Shown one piece after another: positions 8,559 through 17,609 of a DNA stretch of 64,000 nucleotides. Where the stretch lies: the IMG/VR virus record IMGVR_UViG_3300025913_000028; one strand, given 5' to 3'. The position numbers and the translations under genes were made by a program. Below the pieces are notes generated by a model, which was given only the letters and a program-made list of their open reading frames with translations, was not told the origin of the DNA and ran no database searches. How positions within the stretch are numbered: the stretch's first letter is position 1; each line of letters starts with the position of its first letter. The DNA is from an uncultured virus (IMG/VR IMGVR_UViG_3300025913_000028) (taxonomy: Duplodnaviria; Heunggongvirae; Uroviricota; Caudoviricetes).

Positions 8559-9815
8559 ATGAAGCTGAACATCGTGCTGATGATGGTTCTGGTCGTCGGC
8601 TGCGGGGAAGGCATGCCGGTCGCGTACACCGACAGCGGTGTGCCGGCCGCGGATGCTCAGCCTATGGGCGACGCTCAGATGGAGGTGGTGGCGGATGCTG
8701 GAGTCGACGCACAAGCAGACAGTGGCTCGGACGCAGGGGTCGACAGTGCGACCTCCGACAGTGGCCCGATGGTCACTGACGACGGCGGGGTTGATGCTTC
8801 CACCGGGACTCCGGATAGCGGAACTTCGACCGCAGACGCCGGTGTCGACGCAGCGATGACGGATGCGGGTCCCTCGGGGCCTGGGTCCATCGTCGAGCTC
8901 GGCGTGAATGGCAACACGTCGTGTGTGCTCACGAGCACGAACCAGATGTGGTGCTGGGGTGGTGGCTCTTCGACGCCCGCACACGTTGCGGATGCCGTCG
9001 ATCTCGAAGGGAACTGCGGCATCGGCCTCGATGGCCGTGTGCTGTGCTGGACCGCAGCCGGTGGTGTCACGTACGCCGTGGGGTCGACACCTTACGGTTC
9101 GGACGTCTCCGTGCTGGGTGTCCAGGCGTACGTCGGCCGTACGGATGGTCTCGTCCACCCGTTCAACCTGATGTCGCCCACCTACTCGCCGGCGACGGCG
9201 GTCGACAGCATGCCGGCGCTGAACTGTGCCATCGACATCAACGGCGGCCTGCGCTGCTGGGATCGTGTTGTCACGTCGCTTCCGGGTCATCCGGTGACGA
9301 CCGACTACGCGAACTTCTGGACGGCGGTGGATGGTGCGGCGACCTACGACGCAACGGATGTCGCACGGACCGGCACCTTCAATGCGAACGACCTCGTCGC
9401 ATGCTTCACGTGGACGGGCACGATGCCGAGCTCGGAGACGGGCCCGAGTGTGTCGTGCTCGACGTCAGGTCATCCGGTGCTGACGCCGACGTGGACTGGT
9501 GCCACTGAGGTCGACCTCGATGGTGGCCGTGCGTGCGTGATGATCCCAACTGGAACATCGACTCGTGCAGCCGGCATCTACTGTTCGTCCTCGACGCCGT
9601 CGACCTTCACGGGTCCGGCCACCTTCAACGCGCTGCCGGCTTCGGATGCGGTAGGTACCTACACCAACATCGTCGGCACCAGCCTTCAGCTTGGGACGAA
9701 CCACGCCTGCATCATGCAGAGCGGGGTGGTCATGTGCTGGGGCGACAACTCGCAGGGTCAGCTCGGTAACGGGACGACCACATCAACATCGACTCCTACG
9801 CCCATGGTGTGGTGA
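8559..9815 (+). CDS. Lipoprotein with DAG/DSG low-complexity linker and RCC1-like beta-propeller repeats
   Basis: Lipobox VVGC; repeated DAG; TSC....WCWG and HAC...GVVMCWGDNSQGQLGNG repeats. Confidence 0.85.
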   Translation: MKLNIVLMMVLVVGCGEGMPVAYTDSGVPAADAQPMGDAQMEVVADAGVDAQADSGSDAGVDSATSDSGPMVTDDGGVDASTGTPDSGTSTADAGVDAAMTDAGPSGPGSIVELGVNGNTSCVLTSTNQMWCWGGGSSTPAHVADAVDLEGNCGIGLDGRVLCWTAAGGVTYAVGSTPYGSDVSVLGVQAYVGRTDGLVHPFNLMSPTYSPATAVDSMPALNCAIDINGGLRCWDRVVTSLPGHPVTTDYANFWTAVDGAATYDATDVARTGTFNANDLVACFTWTGTMPSSETGPSVSCSTSGHPVLTPTWTGATEVDLDGGRACVMIPTGTSTRAAGIYCSSSTPSTFTGPATFNALPASDAVGTYTNIVGTSLQLGTNHACIMQSGVVMCWGDNSQGQLGNGTTTSTSTPTPMVW

Positions 9816-9817
9816 GC

Positions 9818-9853
9818 AAAGAGCAGGGAACCTCCGGGTTTCCTGCTCTTTTT
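9818..9853 (+). terminator. Intrinsic terminator, possibly bidirectional
   Basis: AAAGAGCAGGGAACC-TCCG-GGTTTCCTGCTCTTT followed by TT. Confidence 0.9.
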
Positions 9854-9855
9854 GC

Positions 9856-9869
9856 CTATCAGAGTCATG
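9856..9869 (+). promoter_or_regulatory. Phage promoter-like motif CTATCAG-AGTC-ATG
   Basis: Recurrent motif right after a terminator. Confidence 0.65.
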
Positions 9870-9904
9870 TACGAGCACTCGCTCGAACATGAACTGGAGG
9901 TAAG

Positions 9905-10513
9905 ATGAGCAGGTCATACTTGATGGGGGCAACGGATGCAGACCCCGAGATGGGGGCGTTCCTGGAGCTTCGTAACGCGTGGGGCAACCAGCCGATGATC
10001 TGGGATGCTCTGGTGAAGAAGTACGGCAAGGAGTTCGGAGCGACTGGGTTCAGCTTCGAGGACTGGGGGAAGCTCATGAAGTGGGTCTACTTGCCGTCCA
10101 GCAAGATGGAGCCCTTCGAGCTCAACGTCTACGCGATGGCAGACGAGGGCAACTACATCGAGGGTGCCGAGGACATGCTCCTCTACGCACAGTCGCTGCG
10201 GAAGTTCACTGCGGTCCACGAGAACCGCGAGCAGATCTGCCACCTGCTGGCGGCTGCTGGTCGCATCGAGCAGCTCGTGAGCGAGAAGCAGGTGCGCTGG
10301 CTGGCGTGGTACGGGACCTCGGTCAACGCGAACCCCTGGCAGGTTCAAGACCCGGACGACGAGGACGAGCGCAAGCCGTACAACATGGTGAAGGACCTCG
10401 GGAAGCCGCTCTTCGACAGCGGTGCAGTGGTCGAGCAGATGAAGATGCTGCCTCTGGAGCACGAACCTGCACCCTACTCCGCGGTTCGCACAGGCCTTCC
10501 GGCACGTGCGTGA
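9905..10513 (+). CDS. Hypothetical protein
   Basis: GGAGG SD. Confidence 0.85.
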   Translation: MSRSYLMGATDADPEMGAFLELRNAWGNQPMIWDALVKKYGKEFGATGFSFEDWGKLMKWVYLPSSKMEPFELNVYAMADEGNYIEGAEDMLLYAQSLRKFTAVHENREQICHLLAAAGRIEQLVSEKQVRWLAWYGTSVNANPWQVQDPDDEDERKPYNMVKDLGKPLFDSGAVVEQMKMLPLEHEPAPYSAVRTGLPARA

Positions 10514-10516
10514 TCT

Positions 10517-10542
10517 GAAGCAGGGCTCGTCCCTGCTTCTTT
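10517..10542 (+). terminator. Intrinsic terminator
   Basis: GAAGCAGGG-CTCGT-CCCTGCTTC followed by TTT. Confidence 0.8.
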
Positions 10543-10545
10543 GCC

Positions 10546-10559
10546 CTATCAGATAGATG
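10546..10559 (+). promoter_or_regulatory. Phage promoter-like motif CTATCAG-ATAG-ATG (possibly leaderless)
   Basis: Motif ends 4 nt before the gene ATG. Confidence 0.65.
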
Positions 10560-10892
10560 AAGGACGGGTTTCACATGGACATGAACTTGCCGGACTACAA
10601 GAGGGCCGACCCCAAGGGGTGGTGCGGCGACCCCAAGCGCGGAGCGGCCTTGGGCAGACCCTCGATCCATCTCGCACCGCCCACCTTCTCGGGCGACATC
10701 TTCTTGAAGGAGTCCGAGCTCGATGAGGGTGGCTACGATTCCCTCGGCACATACTTCGGCATCGGGCCCCCTCTTTACTGGGCGGCGACCGTCGACGGAG
10801 AGATCGACTTCATGCTGAGGGCACTCAGCATCGAGGAAGCTGAGAAGAAGGTGAAGGAGCGCTATCCAAGCGCTCAGGTTGTGCGGACATGA
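10557..10892 (+). CDS. Hypothetical phage protein (GGYD..GTYFG motif)
   Basis: ORF directly after the promoter motif. Confidence 0.75.
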   Translation: MKDGFHMDMNLPDYKRADPKGWCGDPKRGAALGRPSIHLAPPTFSGDIFLKESELDEGGYDSLGTYFGIGPPLYWAATVDGEIDFMLRALSIEEAEKKVKERYPSAQVVRT

Positions 10893-11086
10893 GCCCCAAC
10901 TACACGACCGCCATCGAGCCTGAGCCTCCGCGCTGGGCCCGCAGGGGTCGGGAGTACATGCTCCTCGTCCTCTTCTTCTGGTTCGGCGAGATGATCGTGT
11001 GGATGCTGCTGTCTCCAGCCCCACAGGCTCCCGAGCTTCACCCCGACCCGGAGACCCGAGCTCTACAGGAGATGAAATGGGAATGA
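10889..11086 (+). CDS. Small membrane protein
   Basis: ATGA overlap; hydrophobic stretch. Confidence 0.65.
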   Translation: MSPNYTTAIEPEPPRWARRGREYMLLVLFFWFGEMIVWMLLSPAPQAPELHPDPETRALQEMKWE

Positions 11087-11445
11087 GGGAAGAGGTCGAG
11101 AAGGTCGTCAAGAAGTACTTCCTCGATCAGATGGACGAGCGCACGCTCAAGCTGCGCAACTGCGCCAACTACGACCTGCACTTCGGTCCGCACAACGCCG
11201 AGTACTACAGAGACTCCGCAGAGCTGGAAGACTGGCCTGGCTACGTCACGGCGACCGATCAGCTCACCGAATGGGCGCAAGAGAAGATGCAGACGGTGTG
11301 GGTGGACATCCAGACGATGGAGGTTCTCACCACCGAGCCTGACGAGATGGAGTTCAGTGGCGAGGACATCTACAAGTTCGAGCGTAGAGACCTCGGCAAG
11401 ATTGTGTTCGGCAAGTTGATCACGGATGGAGGAATGTCGGTATGA
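11083..11445 (+). CDS. Hypothetical protein
   Basis: ATGA overlap. Confidence 0.75.
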   Translation: MREEVEKVVKKYFLDQMDERTLKLRNCANYDLHFGPHNAEYYRDSAELEDWPGYVTATDQLTEWAQEKMQTVWVDIQTMEVLTTEPDEMEFSGEDIYKFERRDLGKIVFGKLITDGGMSV

Positions 11446-11856
11446 GGATCTGGAACAGGAAGATGGAGCTGCCGAAGGCAGACGAGAACTTCACGTACAC
11501 CGAAGAAGAGAAGGTCGAGATCGAGCAGGCGAAGCTGCACATGCAGGAGTGCACGATCGCCCGGCGCAACGCGAACGCGACATGGAAGACCTGGCTCAAC
11601 ACCACCACGGTGCTGCCTCTCTCTCCCGCCGATCCAGGTTGCCTCCAAGGTGGCGCAGGTCAAGCACCTGCGGGCCCAGACCCGCCGGCTCTTGCACAAG
11701 GCGTACGTCCGCTACTACGACGCAGTCATCCCGTTCCGTCTTCGGATGGACCGCGCCGCCAAGATGATGGGCGGCTACATCAAGGATCGACTCAGCCAGG
11801 AGTCCTTCGCAGAGAAGCTCTTCACGGTCACGTCTGTGACGGAGGCTCCCAAGTGA
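11442..11856 (+). pseudogene. Gene interrupted by a frameshift in a (CT)4 tract at 11617-11625
   Basis: Coding-like codon usage moves to the +1 frame after CTCTCTCTC; one extra CT unit restores a single ORF ending at 11856. Confidence 0.6.
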
Positions 11857-12284
11857 AGGAGGGGGTCGTCAGCGACGGTCGAACCACCACGTACTACGGC
11901 AACGCTGCGAACCTGGTGATGGCGCAGATGTCGATGCAGTACACGAACTCGCAAGAGGAGGCCGAGGAGAAAATCCTCAAGGCTGGTGGCGTCTATCAGT
12001 TGGCCTTGATGGAGGTCGCTCCGAAGTACGGCTTCACGATCACCGACGAGCTCAAGGCCCAGGTCGAGAAGAAGCAGGCCGAGTACAAGGCTCAAGAGGA
12101 AGCCTTCCGGATCGACGCCATCAAGAAGAAGCTGGGTGCTCGTCCTGTGAAGGTGGCCAAGCGCCTCCTCTCCCAGAACTGCGTTCTCTGCAAGCAGCCC
12201 ATCACGCCTCTTCAGGGCTACCACGATGGGACCAAGGCCAAGGCGCACTCCGTGTGCGTCAGCAATCCAAGGACTGGAACATGA
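11853..12284 (+). CDS. Hypothetical protein with a C-terminal CxxC..HxxC zinc finger
   Basis: GTG start with GGAGG SD; GTGA overlap. Confidence 0.7.
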   Translation: MKEGVVSDGRTTTYYGNAANLVMAQMSMQYTNSQEEAEEKILKAGGVYQLALMEVAPKYGFTITDELKAQVEKKQAEYKAQEEAFRIDAIKKKLGARPVKVAKRLLSQNCVLCKQPITPLQGYHDGTKAKAHSVCVSNPRTGT

Positions 12285-12874
12285 ACATCGACAAGATCAC
12301 GATGCCGCAGGATGAAGCTCGCAGGGCCTTCCTCGACTACAAGCATGCAGTCGAGGCCCGCCACAACGACGAGGACGTCGCCATCATGAAGGGCTACAAG
12401 GCCCTCGCCGAAGGCTCCGCTCTCCTCGATCTTCGTAGCGCCTTCCGAGCCACGGGGCTGGATGCGAAGGGGATGCCCAGGATCGCGGTGTGTCGCGCCG
12501 ACTTCAAGTGGTGCTGGTTCAGCTTCGTGGATACTGCAAGAGGCACCTTCATCGGAACGAATGACACCACCACCTTCGGGGGCAACCTGAAGGCGCACGG
12601 CTACAACTCGGTGAAGCTGCCCGAGGGAGTTCTTGCGAAGCCGGCGGGAAGCTGGCCGCGTGCACGTGCACTGCTGCCGAGCGTCCCTCCGCAGTTCCGC
12701 CCGAAGCATCATCTCCGCAACTACCACATCATGTGGGAGGCGGAGTGGCAGCCGGTGCCTCCGACCGACCCGCTGCTTCTGAAGCACCTGGGCGGCACCT
12801 TGTACGTCGTGCTGGCGCAGTGGGACCTCACTGAGGTCGAGCGCGCCGTTCTCGCCAACAGGATCTCGCAGTGA
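12281..12874 (+). CDS. Hypothetical phage protein
   Basis: ATGA overlap. Confidence 0.85.
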   Translation: MNIDKITMPQDEARRAFLDYKHAVEARHNDEDVAIMKGYKALAEGSALLDLRSAFRATGLDAKGMPRIAVCRADFKWCWFSFVDTARGTFIGTNDTTTFGGNLKAHGYNSVKLPEGVLAKPAGSWPRARALLPSVPPQFRPKHHLRNYHIMWEAEWQPVPPTDPLLLKHLGGTLYVVLAQWDLTEVERAVLANRISQ

Positions 12875-13125
12875 GCTCGATCCCGCTCCTCAAGGAGAAG
12901 GTCAAGGTCAAGACGGTCACGACCTCCACCTTCGATTCGGAGCTGAAGCTCACCAACAAGCTGCTCGTCGAGCTCATCCGCCACGCCGGGTACGAGATCC
13001 CTGATGATGCGACGTTCAAGGTCGATGGTGTCTGCGACAAGTTCGGCGCCGACATCCTCATCGACGAGGGTACGACTCTCGATGCGACCTGGAAGACCGT
13101 CCATCGTTCGGAGAGGGAAGAGTGA
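12871..13125 (+). CDS. Hypothetical protein
   Basis: GTGA overlap. Confidence 0.7.
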   Translation: MSSIPLLKEKVKVKTVTTSTFDSELKLTNKLLVELIRHAGYEIPDDATFKVDGVCDKFGADILIDEGTTLDATWKTVHRSEREE

Positions 13126-13346
13126 CGGATCGTGTCCGGACCCTGGTGGTTGTCCTCGACGACGACTACCGGGATGGCGCCGGCGAGTACTTGGAGAACA
13201 TCAAGACGAGCCTGCTCATGACTCGTGGTGTCAGCCGGGTCGAGAACGGGGATGTCGTCACCAGCACCGACCACATCAACCGAAGCATCGCTCGCAGTGA
13301 GCTCCTGACGGAGCTCATCGAGTTCGCGAAGAAGTGGAGACGTTGA
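13122..13346 (+). CDS. Hypothetical protein
   Basis: GTGA overlap. Confidence 0.7.
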   Translation: MTDRVRTLVVVLDDDYRDGAGEYLENIKTSLLMTRGVSRVENGDVVTSTDHINRSIARSELLTELIEFAKKWRR

Positions 13347-13678
13347 TGTCCGAGACCATCAGCATCGAGTCAGTGAAGAGGGCCGTCGACAAGCGCGGCG
13401 GATACCTCGTGCACGTGTGCCGAACCAAGGTCACTGGTCGCATGGGTGCTTCTCGCTGGGTGGACCTTCGCCTCTTGAACGGCAAGTTCGAGAAGTGGAA
13501 CAGCCGCTGGTCCAAGACCCTGGAGCCCACGGTTCTGACCCAAGCTCTCGCGTTCATCGAGCTGAATGCGGGAGAGCTGGCGAAGGACAATGAGTTCGGA
13601 CGTCCCATGGAGGTTCGCTACCGGCCTCCGATGAGGAATGCTCGTGACCTCCTTCGCGACATCGAGGCCGTGGAGTAA
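13346..13678 (+). CDS. Hypothetical protein
   Basis: TGATG overlap. Confidence 0.7.
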   Translation: MSETISIESVKRAVDKRGGYLVHVCRTKVTGRMGASRWVDLRLLNGKFEKWNSRWSKTLEPTVLTQALAFIELNAGELAKDNEFGRPMEVRYRPPMRNARDLLRDIEAVE

Positions 13679-13701
13679 GCTCGAATCAACGCCGGAAACC
13701 C

Positions 13702-13715
13702 CTATCAACAAGATA
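13702..13715 (+). promoter_or_regulatory. Phage promoter-like motif CTATCAA-CAAG-ATA
   Basis: Recurrent motif followed by an AAGGAGG SD. Confidence 0.7.
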
Positions 13716-13728
13716 GAAGGAGGGTCAC

Positions 13729-14448
13729 ATGACCAACAACATCCCCAGCTCCCTGCTCCTGCTCCCGGCTCGTGAGATCGTCGCTGGATCCAGCGAGGAC
13801 CTCTACGGAGTGATCTCGTTCTACAAGGGCACCCTGAAGGGCGGGCTCTTCGACAACCTGCGTTCGCTCTCCAACATCGCGTTGGGGGTCGTGAAGGCGC
13901 TCGCCGAGCGCGAGGACCCCTACGACACGCCCGACGGTGCTTCGTGGGTGCTCCCCGGTGCGCACAGCCTCTCCATCGGGTCTGGCTACTGCATGTTCAT
14001 CAACCCGCACGAGAGCTTCCGGCTCATCGATGGTGGTGAAAGCCTTCGTGACATGCTCGATGGGGCGGCGGTGAACCGCCTCACCGGAGGCAGCGTCGCG
14101 GAAGCTCTCGACGACGACGAGCCTGCGGTCATCAGCTTCCCGCAGTGGTACCAGAGCATGGCCGACACCGATCTCCTCCCCCAGAAGATGAAGGAGATCG
14201 ACTTCTGGAACATGCTCGTAGGCGGAGCACAGCGCAGTGAGCTCGATCGGCTCACCCTCACGATGGGCGGCCCCTACCAGGTGAAGCGTGGAGTTCCGCT
14301 CACGTGGATCCGTCCCGAAGAGCAGTTCATGTTCTGCTTCGAGTCCCTCGCGAAGCACGCGGATGGGATGTCGTACGAGACGGAGCCCCTCTCGCTTCCG
14401 AAGGTCCTCGGGACGGTCTCCGATGCCGTCATCTCTCTGAACGGCTGA
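13729..14448 (+). CDS. Hypothetical protein
   Basis: Strong SD. Confidence 0.85.
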   Translation: MTNNIPSSLLLLPAREIVAGSSEDLYGVISFYKGTLKGGLFDNLRSLSNIALGVVKALAEREDPYDTPDGASWVLPGAHSLSIGSGYCMFINPHESFRLIDGGESLRDMLDGAAVNRLTGGSVAEALDDDEPAVISFPQWYQSMADTDLLPQKMKEIDFWNMLVGGAQRSELDRLTLTMGGPYQVKRGVPLTWIRPEEQFMFCFESLAKHADGMSYETEPLSLPKVLGTVSDAVISLNG

Positions 14449-14465
14449 CACCATAGACGTGAGGT

Positions 14466-14508
14466 GGGCGCGGTAGGTCTGGCACTTGGTGCTGGGTCTG
14501 CCGCGCCC
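14466..14508 (+). other. 20-bp intergenic RNA hairpin with G.U pairs
   Basis: GGGCGCGGTAGGTCTGGCAC-TTG-GTGCTGGGTCTGCCGCGCCC. Confidence 0.8.
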
Positions 14509-14526
14509 TTCTTGTTGGAGAAGTAG

Positions 14527-14709
14527 ATGTTCAACTTGAGCGACATGATGTCCTCGGTGCTTGCGGGGTTCGACCTCGCGAACATCAACTCAGCCAAGTA
14601 CGGCCAGGACCGTCCTTGGAAGGTCTTGGAGATGAAGCGCGACGAGTTCGTCGTGCTTCACATGCCTTCGGGCAAGAAGTTCCGCGTGAAGATGAAGGAG
14701 GAGCCCTGA
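14527..14709 (+). CDS. Small hypothetical protein
   Basis: GGAG SD. Confidence 0.7.
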   Translation: MFNLSDMMSSVLAGFDLANINSAKYGQDRPWKVLEMKRDEFVVLHMPSGKKFRVKMKEEP

Positions 14710-15401
14710 TGTTCTACTGCGAAAAGTGTCGAGTCGAGAACAAGTACCCCGAGGCGATCATCAAGAGCTACGGAAGGTGTGAGATCTGCGAGAAGACCGC
14801 CGACTGCCATGACGTCCCGAGCCGTCACCTGCCGTCCCCACCCACGCCCGCTCCTGTGAAGGCGGAAGGTCCCAAGCTGGACTTCCTGACGGGCGGAAGG
14901 CTGGAGTACACCTTCGCCCTCATCAAGCCGGACGCCATCCAGGCCCGCAAGGCTGGAGCGATCATCCATCAGATCGAGGACAACTTCTTGATCGGTGACA
15001 TGCTCTGCTCGCGTTGGGATCCAGCGGACGTTTCCGAGTTCTACGGAGAGCATGCTGGGAAGGCCTTCTACTGGGACCTCGTCAAGTTCATGTCCAGTGA
15101 ACGGATGATCGCCCTCACCATGGTCGCCCCGGATGCCGTCAACAAGTGGCGAAGCCTGATGGGCCCCACGGACCCGATGAAGGCGTCGTCCGGGACCATC
15201 CGAGGACTGTTCGCCGCCAAGGACGGCGTCATGATGCACAACGCTGTGCACGGCAGCGACAGTGACGAGAGTGCGCGCCGCGAAGTCAACTTCGTTCGCA
15301 GCACGTTGCGCGTAGCCCCGCGCTTCGGCGAGGAGGCCTATCGCCTCATCGAGAAGTACAAGAACCAGAAGTGGACCGCCGAAGGGCTTCGGGCTGTCTG
15401 A
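14709..15401 (+). CDS. ndk: Nucleoside diphosphate kinase with an N-terminal Cys-rich module
   Basis: TFALIKPDA, WRSLMGPTDP, GTIRG, HNAVHGSDS (catalytic His). Confidence 0.93.
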   Translation: MFYCEKCRVENKYPEAIIKSYGRCEICEKTADCHDVPSRHLPSPPTPAPVKAEGPKLDFLTGGRLEYTFALIKPDAIQARKAGAIIHQIEDNFLIGDMLCSRWDPADVSEFYGEHAGKAFYWDLVKFMSSERMIALTMVAPDAVNKWRSLMGPTDPMKASSGTIRGLFAAKDGVMMHNAVHGSDSDESARREVNFVRSTLRVAPRFGEEAYRLIEKYKNQKWTAEGLRAV

Positions 15402-15982
15402 TGACGGTCTGGAAGAGGCTTCGGCCGGACTACTCCATCGAGTTCACGCACGCTCCCCCGAAGGTGGTCTGTGATGCCGAGATCATCCCGCTGCTTCATC
15501 AGTCGTGGGAGGTCGCGGCGTCCGTGGAGGGGCTGAAGAACAAGCCCGGGGTCAAGCTCGCGAAGATGATCGAGGAAGACGCCGACGGGATTCTTCTCGA
15601 CATGGGCGGCATCATGTGGACGGGGCGGCACGAGTACAACTTCGTCGTCGATGATCTGAAGATGAAGATCCCGGCTATCGATGTCGGGTCCTTCATGGAC
15701 ATGGTGGAGAACGCCAAGAGCGAGGTCTTTCACGGACATCTCGCCAACACCGAGTACGTGTCCCGTGAGATGTATCGCATCCACACCATCATGGACTGGC
15801 GGATCCTCCTCTCTCCCAAGAACCGCTTGGCGCTGTTCATGGAGCTGAAGAAGCTCGAAGAGAGTGGAGCCTCGGCGATTGCGTCGATCGAGAACGATCG
15901 TTTCAACAAGGACTTCGTCGACAAGCCACATCCACACGTAGCGACGAAGCGACGACCCGTTGGTCCCATTCTCAAGGGCTGA
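15401..15982 (+). CDS. Hypothetical protein
   Basis: TGATG overlap. Confidence 0.75.
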   Translation: MTVWKRLRPDYSIEFTHAPPKVVCDAEIIPLLHQSWEVAASVEGLKNKPGVKLAKMIEEDADGILLDMGGIMWTGRHEYNFVVDDLKMKIPAIDVGSFMDMVENAKSEVFHGHLANTEYVSREMYRIHTIMDWRILLSPKNRLALFMELKKLEESGASAIASIENDRFNKDFVDKPHPHVATKRRPVGPILKG

Positions 15983-15990
15983 GGAACAAC

Positions 15991-16347
15991 ATGAACACGA
16001 ACACGAAAAAGAAGTCGAAGCAAGAGAAGCTCGCAGAGGCGTCGGTGACGCTGTTCGCGAAGGCGATGGCCTCCATCAACCTGACCGGAGGTCCGAACCC
16101 GCTCATCACGAGCAGGGGACAGAAGTCGCAGGAGAAGCAGAAGGTCGTCATGCAGAAGGACGACTGGGTCCGCGTGAAGAACGGACGCTATCTCGATGGT
16201 GCGGAAGGCAAGGTCGAGAAGGTCCAGAAGACGGGCCTCGTCACGATCCTCACCATCCGGCAGCTCAACGGCAACGAGATCCGCCTTCCACGCTCCCACT
16301 TCGAGTTCGCGGCATACCCCAAGCCCCGCGACCTCGACCAAGGATGA
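15991..16347 (+). CDS. KOW/SH3-like domain protein
   Basis: DWVRVKNGRYLDGAEGKV. Confidence 0.55.
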   Translation: MNTNTKKKSKQEKLAEASVTLFAKAMASINLTGGPNPLITSRGQKSQEKQKVVMQKDDWVRVKNGRYLDGAEGKVEKVQKTGLVTILTIRQLNGNEIRLPRSHFEFAAYPKPRDLDQG

Positions 16348-16733
16348 GGGTCATCATCGCCGGCAGCAGGTCGTTCACGTACTTGGACTACTCCATGGTC
16401 GAGAACGCTTGCCTGAGCTCCGGCTACTGGTTCACCACCGTCGTGTCGGGACAGGCGGAGGGTGTCGACAAGCTCGGCGAAGAGTTCGCTCGTCGCATGG
16501 GCATCCCCATCGATCCCTTCCCGGCTGACTGGGCGAAGCATGGAAACGGTGCCGGTATCAAGCGGAACCTGGAGATGGCGAAGAAGGCGCAAGCCCTCGT
16601 TGCGATCTGGGACGGCAAGAGCCCTGGCACCCAACACATGATCTCGGCTGCGCGAGCGGCTGGTCTTCTGGTACACGTACGACGTGCAGATCCGACGCCG
16701 TCCATGCCGACGGCGACGTACAGAGGACTGTGA
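16344..16733 (+). CDS. SLOG superfamily protein (YspA/DUF2493-like)
   Basis: MRVIIAGSRSF, VVSGQAEGVD, FPADW..HG.GAG..RN.EM, WDGKSPGTQHMI. Confidence 0.9.
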   Translation: MRVIIAGSRSFTYLDYSMVENACLSSGYWFTTVVSGQAEGVDKLGEEFARRMGIPIDPFPADWAKHGNGAGIKRNLEMAKKAQALVAIWDGKSPGTQHMISAARAAGLLVHVRRADPTPSMPTATYRGL

Positions 16734-17125
16734 TGCCCAAACACGAACAGAAGAATCGCGACAAGTACACCTTCAAGGTCCCGCAGACCATGGCCGAAGC
16801 GAAGAGCCGCCTCGATGACGCAACGATGGGCGTACTGAACGTCGAGAAGCAGTTGGGTGACCCCCGACGTGCCGATGAGCGGTGGAGAGAGTCAGCGAAG
16901 TCGTCTCGTATCTTCATGACCATGGAGATGCGTTACTTGAAGGAGTGGATTCGCGAGCGGCGTCAGCAGCTCGATGCGAAGAAGCTGGACATCTTTCCGG
17001 TCGATGACCCGCGAGCCATGCTTCAGCGGACCGTCATCGAGGGCGCCAAGTACATCAAGGGCGAGGAGAACAACCTCGAACAGGTGCTGGCGTACGCGAA
17101 GGAATACCTCACGCACAAGGCGTGA
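16733..17125 (+). CDS. Hypothetical protein
   Basis: TGATG overlap. Confidence 0.75.
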   Translation: MPKHEQKNRDKYTFKVPQTMAEAKSRLDDATMGVLNVEKQLGDPRRADERWRESAKSSRIFMTMEMRYLKEWIRERRQQLDAKKLDIFPVDDPRAMLQRTVIEGAKYIKGEENNLEQVLAYAKEYLTHKA

Positions 17126-17130
17126 TTCCG

Positions 17131-17137
17131 CTATCAG
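17131..17137 (+). promoter_or_regulatory. Phage promoter-like motif CTATCAG
   Basis: Intergenic; 7 nt before an ATG that has no SD. Confidence 0.55.
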
Positions 17138-17144
17138 AGCTACG

Positions 17145-17609
17145 ATGAGACACGTAGAACTCCTTCTTCCGCACCCTGAGCCGGTCGTGGTCCTGATGGC
17201 GCCGCGCATGCGGAACACGGGACGCGACTACGACGTCTTGGAGTACTTCCTCTACGACCTCCGGGTCCTTGGTCGCCCCGTCACCTTCAGGGTCAGCGGG
17301 ATGATCACGGGCCCGGAGGAGTTCATAGAGAGGCTCGCTCCTGAACATGGTCATCGCGTTGAGGTGTACGGCCCTGGGCCTGATGAACCCGCAGATCGTG
17401 TTCGACGCCTGAACAAGAGCGACGATCACGAGCGAGATGTCACCTGCCTGCTCGGAGCTCACGCTCTGTGGGTATGGGCACTCACCTCTCAGCTCGACCC
17501 CAGCAGCACTCTTCTCGACTACGAGGTCATCACGGTGGCGCAGGACCTTCAAGTTCCTGTTCTGCTGTTCACGCCCGAGTCTGAGAACTACGACATTCTG
17601 GAGATCTGA
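17145..17609 (+). CDS. Divergent SLOG-like protein
   Basis: VSGMITGPEEFIERLA..HG..VEVY..ERD..L..AHALWVW parallels the SLOG gene at 16344. Confidence 0.45.
   Translation: MRHVELLLPHPEPVVVLMAPRMRNTGRDYDVLEYFLYDLRVLGRPVTFRVSGMITGPEEFIERLAPEHGHRVEVYGPGPDEPADRVRRLNKSDDHERDVTCLLGAHALWVWALTSQLDPSSTLLDYEVITVAQDLQVPVLLFTPESENYDILEI

Noticed and set aside
8630..8880. GACGC/GATGC repeats as a CRISPR array or DNA repeat element
   Set aside because: Degenerate codon-level repeats encoding the DAG linker of the lipoprotein; no constant repeat-spacer period
11442..12284. The 280-aa ORF in the track taken as one ordinary gene
   Set aside because: The middle section has off-frame codon usage; better explained as a frameshifted gene plus a separate GTG-start gene
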